A stretch of 64,000 nt of DNA from Thermodesulfobacteriota bacterium (GTDB taxonomy: Bacteria > Desulfobacterota_D > UBA1144 > Nemesobacterales > JAJCZQ01). The position numbers and the translations under genes are program-made. Positions 52,783-63,577 of the stretch are shown one piece after another. The notes beneath the pieces are model-generated. The model was not told where the DNA came from. It was given only the letters and a program-made list of their open reading frames with translations, and made no database searches. Numbering within the stretch: position 1 is the first letter of the stretch; each line of letters starts with the position of its first letter. The stretch spans positions 1,248,001-1,312,000 of the forward strand of contig CBDBDR010000017.1 in the NCBI GenBank assembly GCA_965203965.1, read 5' to 3'.

Positions 52783-54612
52783 TTAAAACCAATCTTCTTT
52801 AAACTCTTTTTCCGGGTTCTGTATTTTAATAACTTTGAACCCTTTAACTTGCAGAATTCCTGAAATTACCGATTTAAGCTGATGTCTTTCGGTTGTCAGG
52901 TGTATTCCACCTTGCTTTGTGTAAAACTCTGAAGTCATTATCTCCGGGTCAACTCCCCTGCCACCGCTTGTGAGTTTGACAACCCTGTCACCAGCAAATG
53001 CTATTGTAGCTTTTCTCTCGGACAGAATGAAGTCACCTTGCACTGCATAGCTCGCAAGTGCCCCCCCGGTTGTCGGGTGACCAAGCAATGAAATATGAGG
53101 AAGTCCCGCTTCTTTCAGCTTTAATATTGCAGATATTGTTTTTGCCATCTGATAGAGTGCGATAGTGCCTTCCTGCATTCTTGCTCCCCCACTTGCAGTA
53201 ACCGTTATTAAGGGTAGTGAGTTGCGTATCGCATGATCAACTATTAGTTTCATTTTTTCTCCAAAAACCGCACTCATTGATCCGCCCATAAAACTGAAAT
53301 CGCAAATTGCTACGGATACTTTGTAGTTGTTGATGAGACCATACCCTACAACGAGAGAGTCTTTGGAATCGGTTCTTTTTGAGGCTTTTTCCCTTGAATT
53401 GGAATAGTCATAAAAATTGAACTTTGAGTCAATATCATTGGTGCTCAAGTCGCCTCTTATCTCCCTGAAAGTATCATTATCTATAAGTAGGTTCAGGTAA
53501 TCATCGGAATTTAGCGGTTCAGGCTTATGGCATTCGGGACACGCTGAGAAATTATTTCGCAACTCGTCCCGCTTGAACTGTTTTCTACATCCGTAGCGTA
53601 TTGTTTTACCTTCATTGTCTTTTTCATCGTTGCAGAAAAAAGGCTCGGCACCGTAAAGAGCTATCTGCATATCTGAAATGTCGGGAGTTGTAGGTTTGGA
53701 GAAATAAGATTGTATTGAAGCTTTAAGTTGCTTGGCTATACCTCTGTATCGTCCGGGGTTCTCTTCGAGTTTTCCAACGTAGTCTATTCTCTCACAGAGG
53801 TTTTTATTCAAGTAATTAATGTCCAGATGTTCAAGCTCTTGGTATGATGCTATCATTGATTTTTTCAGTCTTTCCAGAGTAACTTCAAAGTAATCAAGTC
53901 TGTCAAGTGGGGGCTCATTAATAATTTCGTCAATGACTCCATACCTTTTCATGTAATCCGCCGTTGGTTGAAGTACCTGCAAGGCATTGAGAACTTTATC
54001 TGGGCTTCTGAATAAAATTGCAGAACAACCCTCCGCGGTAATTACGGAATATTCAGCCCTTGAGAGCATTAATCTTTTATGGGCGAGTTGTATTGCAATT
54101 GCTCCACCGCTTCCCCCAAGTCCCAATACAACGGAGACAGATTTTGCTTTAAGTCCTATCATTTTTGACTGGCAATATGAAATTAACCATGACTGTAGCT
54201 TTTTTGCCGAGTATTCGTATGGGTCTCCTCCTACCGTGTCAATAAAGGTGCAAAGCATGAGGTTATTGTCTTCTGCGTATTCCATCATGTTGTATGAAAG
54301 TCCATACCCATCAGCTTTTACAAGACCGTAGTTGAGTTTTGCCCTTTCTTCATCGTTTGAAGGTGTTTGTTGAGCGATAATTGCAAACTTTTTCTCCGTG
54401 CCTTTCAGCGTTCCGACACCAATAATAACAGCAGGATCATCTTGCAATTCTATCTTATACCCGTTTGGAGCATTAATTTTACTTCTGAAATGGGGCAACT
54501 TATGCCATGGTATAAAGTCAGTGAACAAATACTCAATTACGTGCTTTGATTTTATCTTTTTGTAGGATTTAGCTTCTTCGTGAGCAATAAGAGCTTTGGG
54601 TTTCTTTGCCAT
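52783..54612 (-). CDS. Fused acyl-CoA carboxyltransferase, alpha (AccA-like) then beta (AccD-like) domains
   Basis: N-half DDPAVI, FIDT, GGSGGA, YSVITAEGC; C-half zinc finger, DFSFMGGSM, SGGARMQEG, QMAKT, PTTGG. Confidence 0.88.
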   Translation of the reverse strand: MAKKPKALIAHEEAKSYKKIKSKHVIEYLFTDFIPWHKLPHFRSKINAPNGYKIELQDDPAVIIGVGTLKGTEKKFAIIAQQTPSNDEERAKLNYGLVKADGYGLSYNMMEYAEDNNLMLCTFIDTVGGDPYEYSAKKLQSWLISYCQSKMIGLKAKSVSVVLGLGGSGGAIAIQLAHKRLMLSRAEYSVITAEGCSAILFRSPDKVLNALQVLQPTADYMKRYGVIDEIINEPPLDRLDYFEVTLERLKKSMIASYQELEHLDINYLNKNLCERIDYVGKLEENPGRYRGIAKQLKASIQSYFSKPTTPDISDMQIALYGAEPFFCNDEKDNEGKTIRYGCRKQFKRDELRNNFSACPECHKPEPLNSDDYLNLLIDNDTFREIRGDLSTNDIDSKFNFYDYSNSREKASKRTDSKDSLVVGYGLINNYKVSVAICDFSFMGGSMSAVFGEKMKLIVDHAIRNSLPLITVTASGGARMQEGTIALYQMAKTISAILKLKEAGLPHISLLGHPTTGGALASYAVQGDFILSERKATIAFAGDRVVKLTSGGRGVDPEIMTSEFYTKQGGIHLTTERHQLKSVISGILQVKGFKVIKIQNPEKEFKEDWF

Positions 54613-54859
54613 TCATTATACTCCATCAATGTTCCAAAAATTTTTATGAACATAGGATATTACACGATTTAACTCAGAATTACTGAAACTTACGATTATG
54701 ATCCCATTAAAATAATGTTAATACAGCCTTTTCCATAAAGTAGAACCAGAACGGATTAAAAGAGTTTATGTGCTTTTACATATTGGCGGTCATTGGATCA
54801 AGTAGGATCTATCATAACTTGCAGATCATTGTAAACGGTGCCTGCTGAACTATTTGTAG

Positions 54860-55252
54860 TTAGTTGTTTTTTTTCCATTCAGGACTGCTCTCTTCCCCTT
54901 CTTCTCCGGAAATTATTCTTTTAAGGGCTTCATTGTATAGATCTATATATGCCTCAACTCGTTCATGTATTGTTTTTTCCATTAATTGGAGTTTATCCGC
55001 GTATTTATTGGTCAAATTGATCTGAAGATCGGCAAACTCAGTGATTTCCTCTTCGGACATATTTTCCTGCAATATTTCAGCAATAATTTCAATGACTTTG
55101 TCATAAAGGTATTTTGAATCATCGTTCTGAAATTGTGATTCAAGGGAAGATTCACACGTGAGATACTTGTTTATTGCCAAGTTAAAAGGATCTAATTTCC
55201 TCTCTTTTCTCAACTCAATTATCTTTTTTATGAGGGAGGTGGTATTTCTCAT
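54860..55252 (-). CDS. Hypothetical helical protein
   Basis: 130-aa ORF directly after GH65 on the same strand. Confidence 0.6.
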   Translation of the reverse strand: MRNTTSLIKKIIELRKERKLDPFNLAINKYLTCESSLESQFQNDDSKYLYDKVIEIIAEILQENMSEEEITEFADLQINLTNKYADKLQLMEKTIHERVEAYIDLYNEALKRIISGEEGEESSPEWKKNN

Positions 55253-55281
55253 TTACTTAATATCAATCATCCGTTCTCTGC

Positions 55282-57696
55282 TTATTGCATTTTTGATAAA
55301 GAATTTTTCTTAGTTGTCAAAAATTTTTTTATTTGCGGTCTTTTTGGTGTCAGTTTGATCTCTTCGTTTCCATGCACCAAAATCATCTCTTTATGGTTTA
55401 ATAAACTGTATTTTATACTTCTCTGATTAATTTCCACTTCTATAACGCTACCCCTGAAGGTTACAGGGAATTTTAGCCCTTTTATATGTTGCGGGAGATT
55501 CGGCTCAAAAACAAGTGTTTTGCTGTTCTCTTTCATTCCAGCAAAGCCAAAAACAAATACCATCCACGCTCCCGCCATGGAAGCAATATGGCATCCATCA
55601 CTAACGTTGCCGGAGATATTTGCGAGGTCCATCAATACTGCCTCCTTCGCATATAGAAAAGCCTTGTTGTGATAACTGATCTTTGAGGCAACTATGCTTT
55701 GGATACAAACAGAAAGGGAGGAATCCCGTGTTGTAAGAGGGTCATAATAATCAAAATTTCTTTTTGTTTCCTCTTTAGAGAATCTGTGATCCAGAAGAAA
55801 AGTCGTCAATACAACGTCAGCCTGCTTGATTACCTTGTGTCTATATATAACAAGTGGATGAAAATTCAGCAGGAGTGGGTATTTATCCGAAGGAGTGTTT
55901 TTAAAGTCCCACTGTTCCTTGCTTATAAATTCATCGTCCTGCGAATGGATTTTCCTTTCTTTATCGTAAGGGATAAACATATTGTCGGCGGCTTTTTTCC
56001 AGCATTCTATTTCCGTAGTTTTCAGTTTTGTTTTATGAACAAGGTCTTCAAAGATCTCATGTTCCGACTTTCTTAATTTTTCCACTGTCTCTACTGCAAA
56101 TCGTAGATTTTCCTGTGCCATTAAATTTGTGTATAGATTATTGTTGACCACCGTGTTGTATTCGTCCGGACCCGTTACACCGTGAATACAAAACTGACCA
56201 CCTTTGCTTTTTGAATAAAAACCCAAGTCGGCCCAGAGTCTTGCCGTTTCTACAAGCATTTCCGCTCCGTATCTAAAAAGAAAATCATAATCTTCCGTGG
56301 AGTTGACGTATTTTTTCATTGCATAAATTATGTCGGCATTTATATGATACTGGGCAGTTCCCGCTGCATAGTAAGCAGAGGCTTCTTTTCCGTTGATAGT
56401 TCGCCATGGAAACATTGCCCCTTTTTGATTCAGCTTTCTGGCGTATTCTCTTGCTTTGTCAATTATGCTATATCTGAAGTTCAGGAGTTTTTTGGCAATT
56501 TCCGGCTTTGTGTAAACAAGGAAAGAAGAAAGAAATATATCCATGTCCCAGAAATAATGACCTTCATAAGCCTGTCCAGTCAATCCTTTTGCGGGCACTC
56601 CTCTCCCCTCAACCCTTGCAGTTGCCTGACAGAGGTGAAAAAGATTGAACCTTACCGCTTGTTGCATTTCTTCCGTAGAGAAATTGGGAACAGACTTGTA
56701 TAGTGCAACTTGAATATCGCTTTTTTTCCAGAAATCATCCAGATAGTCTTTCTGTCCTTTTAACAAACCATCAAAACCAAACCTCTTTGCTCTGCTCAGA
56801 GCCCTTTTTGCCCTGTTTGAAAGCTCCTGAGGGGTATGAGGAGCCGTTATCGTAGTGTGATAGGTAATATATTTAGTCAGGGTTATAGGCTCTCCGGGTT
56901 GTGCATCTATCATATACTGGACTTCTCCTTTATCCTCTTTGCATTTACTCGTATAGGAATGTGAGCAATTGGTTTCAAGTTTGTGATCTATACCCGAGGC
57001 AACCAACAAATTGCTGTTTTTCGTGGAGTGGCATAATATAAGTCTTGTATCATCCATTAAATGAAATTCAGGCTGAAGCACCTTGTAGTCAAAATTTCTT
57101 GATTGTCTTGGATCCAGTTCCAATTTGTTTTTACCGTTTACGTTATTGCCGTTGTTTATGATCTCAGAACTTATAACAACCGGTGCGTTAGCATTCAACA
57201 CGGTTACTTGATATGAAATTGAAGCGAGATGCCTGTGCTCAAAAGATACTAGCCGTGTTGATTTGATAAGTATTTCCTTATCAGAACCAAGTTTCCATAT
57301 TGCCTCTCTTTCCAAAGTACCGCGCTTCATATCCAATACTCGCTCAAATTTCAGGAGTTTGGCTGTAGGAAGGTAGAAAGGTTCGTCATCAACGTAGAGC
57401 TTTATTATTTTTGAATCCGTTACACTTACAATAGTTTGACCCATCTTGGCAAATCCATAGGCTCTTTCACCATAAGTTATTGGCCATGACTCATAAAATC
57501 CATTTATGAAAGTCCCGTTTTCAAAACAAGGTTGCCCTTCTTCAAAAACCCCTCTTACTCCAAGATAACCATTGGAGAGTGAAAACATGGTTTCAGTCTG
57601 TCCCAATAGTTTGGGATAGAACTTTTTCTCAATTATTTTCCACTCGTCGACAGGGTAAATGTGTTTGGGAAGCTCAGGTTCTTTTCTATGTTTCAT
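55282..57696 (-). CDS. GH65 glycoside phosphorylase (maltose/trehalose/kojibiose type)
   Basis: NGYLGVRG, KGLTGQAYEGHYFWD, VTGPDEY, KQADV, DSSLS. Confidence 0.94.
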   Translation of the reverse strand: MKHRKEPELPKHIYPVDEWKIIEKKFYPKLLGQTETMFSLSNGYLGVRGVFEEGQPCFENGTFINGFYESWPITYGERAYGFAKMGQTIVSVTDSKIIKLYVDDEPFYLPTAKLLKFERVLDMKRGTLEREAIWKLGSDKEILIKSTRLVSFEHRHLASISYQVTVLNANAPVVISSEIINNGNNVNGKNKLELDPRQSRNFDYKVLQPEFHLMDDTRLILCHSTKNSNLLVASGIDHKLETNCSHSYTSKCKEDKGEVQYMIDAQPGEPITLTKYITYHTTITAPHTPQELSNRAKRALSRAKRFGFDGLLKGQKDYLDDFWKKSDIQVALYKSVPNFSTEEMQQAVRFNLFHLCQATARVEGRGVPAKGLTGQAYEGHYFWDMDIFLSSFLVYTKPEIAKKLLNFRYSIIDKAREYARKLNQKGAMFPWRTINGKEASAYYAAGTAQYHINADIIYAMKKYVNSTEDYDFLFRYGAEMLVETARLWADLGFYSKSKGGQFCIHGVTGPDEYNTVVNNNLYTNLMAQENLRFAVETVEKLRKSEHEIFEDLVHKTKLKTTEIECWKKAADNMFIPYDKERKIHSQDDEFISKEQWDFKNTPSDKYPLLLNFHPLVIYRHKVIKQADVVLTTFLLDHRFSKEETKRNFDYYDPLTTRDSSLSVCIQSIVASKISYHNKAFLYAKEAVLMDLANISGNVSDGCHIASMAGAWMVFVFGFAGMKENSKTLVFEPNLPQHIKGLKFPVTFRGSVIEVEINQRSIKYSLLNHKEMILVHGNEEIKLTPKRPQIKKFLTTKKNSLSKMQ

Positions 57697-57761
57697 CTGC
57701 TGTTCGTAACTGGGGAGCAGGATAAAAAACGATACTCGTTTTTTACTAATTTTAAATTGTT

Positions 57762-58514
57762 TTATACAATAAGTTCTCCCAGATCTCCAACTGTTATATC
57801 TGCACCGTTGCTTGAAAGCTCATCGGCGTTATTCTTGCGTGCAACTCCTATCACAAGTCCAAAATTGCCATTCCTGCCGGCTTGAACTCCTGATATTGAA
57901 TCTTCAATTACAACTGCTTTGTCAGGTTTAACTTTCAACTCTTTTGCAGCTTCAAGATACGTGTCCGGTGAAGGTTTGCCTTTAAGCCTCTTTTGGACTG
58001 CTACCTTACCATCAATCCTGATAGCAAAAAGATGCAGTATCCCCGCCGAATTTAAAATGGTTTCACAATTGCGGCTTGAGGAAACAATTGCCAATTTAAT
58101 ACCGTCCCGCATTATGTTTTTAACAAGGTCAATAGAGCTTTGATAAACTTCAACCCCTTTGTTTTGTATGGTAGATCTAACGAGTTCATTTTTCCTGTTT
58201 CCAATGCCGTGGATGCTTTCTTCTGAAGCAGGAGAATCTGAACTCCCTTCTTTTAAATTTATATTGCGTGAATTCAGAAAACACCTGACCCCTTCATATC
58301 TTGGTTTGCCGTCAACATAAAGCAGGTAGTCGTGTTCAGTATCAAAAGGCTTGAAAATTCTACCGTTTTTCTCTGCCTGTTTTTTTAGAAAGCTATCAAA
58401 AGTTAGTTTCCAGCAAGTTGCGTGTATTTTTGCCGAATCGGTTATAACCCCGTCAAGATCAAACAGAACTGCTTCAAATTTTTCAGGATCTATGGGTTGT
58501 TTGATTTTTTTCAT
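57762..58514 (-). CDS. Beta-phosphoglucomutase-like HAD
   Basis: FDLDGVIT, DGKPRYEG, GKPSPD, EDSISG; next to GH65. Confidence 0.9.
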   Translation of the reverse strand: MKKIKQPIDPEKFEAVLFDLDGVITDSAKIHATCWKLTFDSFLKKQAEKNGRIFKPFDTEHDYLLYVDGKPRYEGVRCFLNSRNINLKEGSSDSPASEESIHGIGNRKNELVRSTIQNKGVEVYQSSIDLVKNIMRDGIKLAIVSSSRNCETILNSAGILHLFAIRIDGKVAVQKRLKGKPSPDTYLEAAKELKVKPDKAVVIEDSISGVQAGRNGNFGLVIGVARKNNADELSSNGADITVGDLGELIV

Positions 58515-58769
58515 AAGATAATTTTCAGGTTACATGACGGCGAAAAACGCTTGTATGGAAACATTTGAGCTATCATTTTACCATAATTGTAATAATTAAA
58601 GCTAAAAAAATGGAAATGGAATGTAATAATAATTGGCGTCGGAGTAATCATCTGGTGTACGGAATGGGAATAGACGCGATTATTTCCCGCAAGTTCAAGT
58701 AAAACAAAATTAAAGAGACATTCAGGTTATCTTTGCATTTTCATTAAAATTCTGGATTATAATCTGGAT

Positions 58770-59465
58770 ATGACCGCATCGGAAAAACTGTCTGATAGAG
58801 CTAAAGGGGGTAAGAGACCGGAATCCTCAAAGCTGCTAGGCGTGGGGATCAAAGAGTGGTGGCTTCTTCTTATAAGGCCCATTGAAAACTATTTAATTGA
58901 TAATAAATACCATCCCAACGTATTGACCGTTACAACTCTTATTGTTTCAATGATCTCCGGATACTTCTTTCATCTGGGCTGGGTTTTTATGGGAGGGGTT
59001 TTAATATTAGCTGGCTCAACCTTTGATATATTCGACGGCAGAGTTGCTAGGGCACAGGGGTTAAGCACTCCACACGGGGCATTTTTTGATTCCTGTTTGG
59101 ACAGGTTTTCAGAGGCCTTCATATACATAGGTCTGTTAAGCTACTTTAAGGATTCTTATTATATCTACATATTATCCTTTATCGTGTTTTCAACTATGAT
59201 GGTTAGCTATACTAGAGCACGTGCAGAGGGTTTAGGTGTGAACTGTGAAGTTGGAATAATGCAGAGAACTGAAAGGATAGTTTACTTGGGGTTGTTTTCT
59301 GTCTTTAATTATTTTGGAAATATTGTTACGGTGTATCTCGGGTTTGCGCCCGGGGATTATCTGTTGAAAATATCACTGATTATTTTACTTGTGTTTTCCA
59401 CTTATACTGCATTACAGAGAATGGTTCACGTATTAAATTGGCTGAAGCGACAAGACGAAAACTGA
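58770..59465 (+). CDS. CDP-alcohol phosphatidyltransferase
   Basis: DIFDGRVAR...GAFFDSCLDR signature; VSYTRARAEGLG. Confidence 0.92.
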   Translation: MTASEKLSDRAKGGKRPESSKLLGVGIKEWWLLLIRPIENYLIDNKYHPNVLTVTTLIVSMISGYFFHLGWVFMGGVLILAGSTFDIFDGRVARAQGLSTPHGAFFDSCLDRFSEAFIYIGLLSYFKDSYYIYILSFIVFSTMMVSYTRARAEGLGVNCEVGIMQRTERIVYLGLFSVFNYFGNIVTVYLGFAPGDYLLKISLIILLVFSTYTALQRMVHVLNWLKRQDEN

Positions 59466-59491
59466 CGTTACTTATATCCGTTCTTGTTTGA

Positions 59492-59833
59492 TTAAGTTCT
59501 TTCCTTGATACGGCTTGCCTTCTTTGATAGTCCACGCAAGTAATAAAGTTTTGCCCTTCTTACCTTACCCTTTCTTTTTATTTCAATCTTATTTATGAGA
59601 GGTGAATGAACGGGAAATATTCTTTCAACTCCAATTCCATAAGAAATTTTTCTGACCGTAAAAGTCTCCCTGGAACCACCGCCTTTTTTCGCAATTACAA
59701 CACCTTCAAATATCTGGTTTCTTCTTCTGTCCCCTTCTTTAATGTTATAATGAACAGCTACTGTATCACCTGCTCTGAAATCGAGTATGTCTGTTCTTAT
59801 ATGTTCTTTTTCAAATTCGTCAATGATGTTCAT
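59492..59833 (-). CDS. rplS: 50S ribosomal protein L19
   Basis: [24 protein letters not shown]. Confidence 0.98.
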   Translation of the reverse strand: MNIIDEFEKEHIRTDILDFRAGDTVAVHYNIKEGDRRRNQIFEGVVIAKKGGGSRETFTVRKISYGIGVERIFPVHSPLINKIEIKRKGKVRRAKLYYLRGLSKKASRIKERT

Positions 59834-59852
59834 TCTTATACTCCCTTGTAGA

Positions 59853-61154
59853 TCATATTGTGCAAGATAACAATCTGTCTAAAATTATTGACGCGGCGCT
59901 CCTGACCGACAGGTGATTATAACTGTCAAATCCCTTGATGGGTTTAAGAACATAGTCCGCTGAATCAATAATTTCGTCAGCTAGCCCCCAACCAGTTCCA
60001 AGAAAGATCAGGAACGGTTTATCTTCGTTGAATATTTTGTTTCTTAGCTCCTTATATCCGAGCATGTTATTTTTCTTTATCCTCGCATCTGTGGCAATTA
60101 TCTTTGGACTGGTTCCTTCTATTTTTTCTATATCTTTTGTGACTTCTTCAATACTTTCTCTTATGTCCACAATTTCCAGAGCCTCTTTGCGAGTTGGGTT
60201 GAAATCTACCCCAGGTCCTTCTGTCCAGTGTTCAATAACTTTTTTTACCAAATTTCTCTGATCCTGAATTGGATTTACAAGGTAGAATTTTTTAACTCCA
60301 TAGGTTTTCCCCACTCTTGCAATGTCATGAGCATCCAAATTGGTAAAGGAAGTTGTAATTTTTTTAAGACTTCTATTGTAAACAGGATAGTGAATTAATG
60401 CAATATAGACTTTAAATTCAGGCTTGAGTTTCTTCTGCATATCCGTCAGAAATAGGATATCATCAACGTTTAGTTTTGTATGATCCAGCAGCTCCGGTCG
60501 ACGAATGAACGTTTTCCTTATACTTTCGTTGCGTCTCCATTTTTTCACTTCAGCATGATCACCTGACAAAAGAACGGATGGCACGTTGATACCATTAAAC
60601 ACTTCGGGTTTGGTATAATGGGGGTGTTCAAGCAGCCCTTTACTGTATGAATCATTGACGGCAGAGGTCTCGTTTCCCAATACGCCTGGGATCTTTCTTG
60701 AAACGGCATCCAATATTATCATTGCTGCATATTCACCACCTGATACAACGTAATTGCCGATAGATATCTCTCTATTTACGTAAAGCTCCCTGACCCTCTC
60801 GTCTATTCCTTCATATCTTCCGCACAGTATAAGTATTTGCTCATGATCTTTCAGTTCATTCACTAAATTGTCGTTTAATGTCTCACCTTGGGGGGACGTT
60901 AATACCACAAGAGATCTTTTATCCTTTTCCCTTATACTTTCAATAGCTTTTGAAAAAGGCTCAACGCTCATCAACATTCCCCCGCCGCCCCCATAGGGAG
61001 TGTCATCTACTGATCTGTGTTTGTTGTCGGTATAGTTTCTGAGATCATGGACGGCTATATCTATTACTGAGCCATCAAGAGCTTTTTTAATCACACCGAA
61101 TGAGAACACCGAATCAAAAAAGCCAGGGAAAATTGAGATAATATCAAACTTCAT
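59853..61154 (-). CDS. trmD: tRNA m1G37 methyltransferase TrmD fused to a second SPOUT domain
   Basis: [22 protein letters not shown]-terminal [30 protein letters not shown]. Confidence 0.95.
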   Translation of the reverse strand: MKFDIISIFPGFFDSVFSFGVIKKALDGSVIDIAVHDLRNYTDNKHRSVDDTPYGGGGGMLMSVEPFSKAIESIREKDKRSLVVLTSPQGETLNDNLVNELKDHEQILILCGRYEGIDERVRELYVNREISIGNYVVSGGEYAAMIILDAVSRKIPGVLGNETSAVNDSYSKGLLEHPHYTKPEVFNGINVPSVLLSGDHAEVKKWRRNESIRKTFIRRPELLDHTKLNVDDILFLTDMQKKLKPEFKVYIALIHYPVYNRSLKKITTSFTNLDAHDIARVGKTYGVKKFYLVNPIQDQRNLVKKVIEHWTEGPGVDFNPTRKEALEIVDIRESIEEVTKDIEKIEGTSPKIIATDARIKKNNMLGYKELRNKIFNEDKPFLIFLGTGWGLADEIIDSADYVLKPIKGFDSYNHLSVRSAASIILDRLLSCTI

Positions 61155-61174
61155 AAACTGAGATCGTGGATTTA

Positions 61175-61678
61175 TTAGATCAGATCATCTATGGATTTTA
61201 TTACTATTTTTGAATAATTAAGGTCAATTTCTTTAACAAAAATGTCTATAAGTGGAACCATGTATTCGCTGGAACTGTTTTTAATAATAAGCACGGGTTG
61301 TGCCGTATTATCAATTATTGAATCCACTTTACCAATAAATGAGCCATTCCGACTGTAAACGTTCAAATTGACAAGCTCAAACCAATAGTATTCATCTTCC
61401 TGTTTGGAAGGAAGTTCTTCTTTGTCAACGTGGACTTCTTTACCGCGAAGTAGTTCTGCATCCTCTATACTGTCAATATCTTGGATCCGGACGATGATCA
61501 GGTTTTTATGGAATTTTTTAGCTAATACTTCATGTTGCCCGAACTCATCTTTATTTGAGTTTATGTATAAGTGCTGAATCTGACTGAAATTTTCAGATTG
61601 ACCGCTGTATGGGAGGACTTTTACCTCACCTTTAAGACCGTGTGGTTTCAGAATTTTACCATAAGTGATAAGATCCAT
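61175..61678 (-). CDS. rimM: Ribosome maturation factor RimM
   Basis: PHGLKGEV, EDEYYWFEL; operon context. Confidence 0.93.
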   Translation of the reverse strand: MDLITYGKILKPHGLKGEVKVLPYSGQSENFSQIQHLYINSNKDEFGQHEVLAKKFHKNLIIVRIQDIDSIEDAELLRGKEVHVDKEELPSKQEDEYYWFELVNLNVYSRNGSFIGKVDSIIDNTAQPVLIIKNSSSEYMVPLIDIFVKEIDLNYSKIVIKSIDDLI

Positions 61679-61681
61679 TCT

Positions 61682-61921
61682 TTATTCTAAAATTTCCAAT
61701 ACAGCACGTTTTTTCATTTTAGCGGCAGCCGCACTGAGTATGGTTCTTATGGCTTTAGCGGTTTTTCCTTGTTTACCGATTATTTTCCCCAAATCTCCCG
61801 ACGCCACCTTTAGTTCTATAATTGTTATTTGCTCGCCAACTACTTCCTTAACTTCTACTTCATCCGGATTGTCAACAAGTGACTTTGATAACATTAAAAC
61901 CAAATCTTTGAGCTTATCCAC
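61682..61921 (-). CDS. khpA: KH-domain RNA-binding protein
   Basis: [17 protein letters not shown]; lies between rpsP and rimM. Confidence 0.93.
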   Translation of the reverse strand: MDKLKDLVLMLSKSLVDNPDEVEVKEVVGEQITIIELKVASGDLGKIIGKQGKTAKAIRTILSAAAAKMKKRAVLEILE

Positions 61922-61952
61922 AGTGGTTTCTCCTCAATCGTATTTGCTAATT

Positions 61953-62192
61953 TCAGTTTCGCAAGGATTCTGGCAGAAGTTTTTTTACACGGTTTGTTGG
62001 TTGTGCACCATTTCCTAACCATGTCTTGATTTTATCTTCATCAAATTTAAGAACGTGTGGCTCCTTTGTAGGGTCGTAGTATCCTAAAATATCCAGAAAC
62101 TTTCCGTCTCTGGGTGCACGGATGTCTGCTGCGACTATTCTGTAAAAAGGTCTCTTTTTAGATCCCAATCTTGTGAGTCTGATTTTTACCAA
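61953..62192 (-). CDS. rpsP: 30S ribosomal protein S16
   Basis: VKIRLTRLG...PFYRIV...PRDGK; TTG start after AGGAGG. Confidence 0.98.
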   Translation of the reverse strand: MVKIRLTRLGSKKRPFYRIVAADIRAPRDGKFLDILGYYDPTKEPHVLKFDEDKIKTWLGNGAQPTNRVKKLLPESLRN

Positions 62193-62242
62193 AACTTGTT
62201 TACCTCCTAACTGTTTTTAAATCCTGTTATTATCGGTGTTGA

Positions 62243-63577
62243 TCAAAAATAATTCATCATCTTTTTGGCAAGTCTACCAGTTTTGCCCATGTTTTTCATC
62301 ATTTTTTGCATCTGCATATAATTCTTAATCATCTTGTTTATGTCTTCAACTCTTGTGCCACTGCCTTTTGCAATCCTTTTTCTCCTGTTTCCATTAAGTA
62401 TAGTATGGTTTCTCCTCTCTTTAAGGGTCATTGAATCTATTATTACTGTGTATTTTTTCATTTCCTTTTCTGCTGTTTGAATTGCCAGCGGATTTTTTGC
62501 TGTCTTGTTTGCAATCGGTATCATCTCGGAAATACTTTCAAGAGAGCCTAATTTATTCATGGCCGATATTGATTCCCTGAAATCCTCCAGAGAAAATTGT
62601 CTCTTGAGTATTTTCTGTGCCATCTTTTTGGCTTTTTTCTCTTCAAACGCGTTCTGTGTTTTTTCAATTAAAGTCAGAACGTCACCCATTCCGAGTATTC
62701 TGGATGCTATTCTGTCCGGATGGAATGCTTCAAGAGCGTCCAGTTTTTCTCCTGTCCCGAAAAATTTGATAGGCTGTCCGGTTACTGATTTTATAGACAG
62801 TGCTGCTCCGCCTCGCGCATCTCCATCCATTTTCGTTAATATGATCCCGTCCACTTCCAGAGCTTCATTAAAGTTCTTTGAAGCGTTTACAGCATCCTGT
62901 CCCGTCATAGCATCAGCCACAAACAGTATCTCCTTAGGGTCAAGAGAGTTTTTTATGAAGATCAATTCGTTCATCAATTCCTGATCTATGTGTAATCTTC
63001 CGGCGGTGTCTATTATCACAACGTCATTGCCGTTTAACTTTGCTTGTTCGGTTGCATTTATACATATATCCACCGGGTTAGATCCGGGTTTGGTATCAAA
63101 GACGGGAATATTTATGCTGTTTCCAAGAACTTTCAGTTGTTCAACAGCCGCAGGCCTGTAAACGTCGGCTGGCACTAAAAGAGGGGTTTTCTTTTTAGAG
63201 TCAACGAGGTATTTTGCTAACTTAGATGCAGAGGTGGTTTTACCAGAGCCTTGAAGTCCAACCAGCATTATTACAACGGGGGGCACCTCGTTGAGGTTCA
63301 ACTCCGAACTGTTTTCCCCAAGTATTTTTATAAGTTCTTCATGGACAATTTTTACAAACTGTTGACCTGGAGTAAGGCTTTCTGCAACCTCACTCCCCAT
63401 AGACCTTTCCTTTATGGAATTTATGAAGTCACGTGCAACTGTGAAGTTTACATCCGCTTCCAGCAGGCTAAGCCTTATTTCTCTCAGGGAATCCTTTATG
63501 TTGTCTTCACTGAGCTTTCCGTAGCCTCTGACTTTTTTTAAGGTTGCATTTAGTTTTTGGGATATTCCTTCAAACAT
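62243..63577 (-). CDS. ffh: Signal recognition particle protein
   Basis: GLQGSGKTT, DTAGR, TKMDGDARGG, M domain. Confidence 0.98.
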   Translation of the reverse strand: MFEGISQKLNATLKKVRGYGKLSEDNIKDSLREIRLSLLEADVNFTVARDFINSIKERSMGSEVAESLTPGQQFVKIVHEELIKILGENSSELNLNEVPPVVIMLVGLQGSGKTTSASKLAKYLVDSKKKTPLLVPADVYRPAAVEQLKVLGNSINIPVFDTKPGSNPVDICINATEQAKLNGNDVVIIDTAGRLHIDQELMNELIFIKNSLDPKEILFVADAMTGQDAVNASKNFNEALEVDGIILTKMDGDARGGAALSIKSVTGQPIKFFGTGEKLDALEAFHPDRIASRILGMGDVLTLIEKTQNAFEEKKAKKMAQKILKRQFSLEDFRESISAMNKLGSLESISEMIPIANKTAKNPLAIQTAEKEMKKYTVIIDSMTLKERRNHTILNGNRRKRIAKGSGTRVEDINKMIKNYMQMQKMMKNMGKTGRLAKKMMNYF

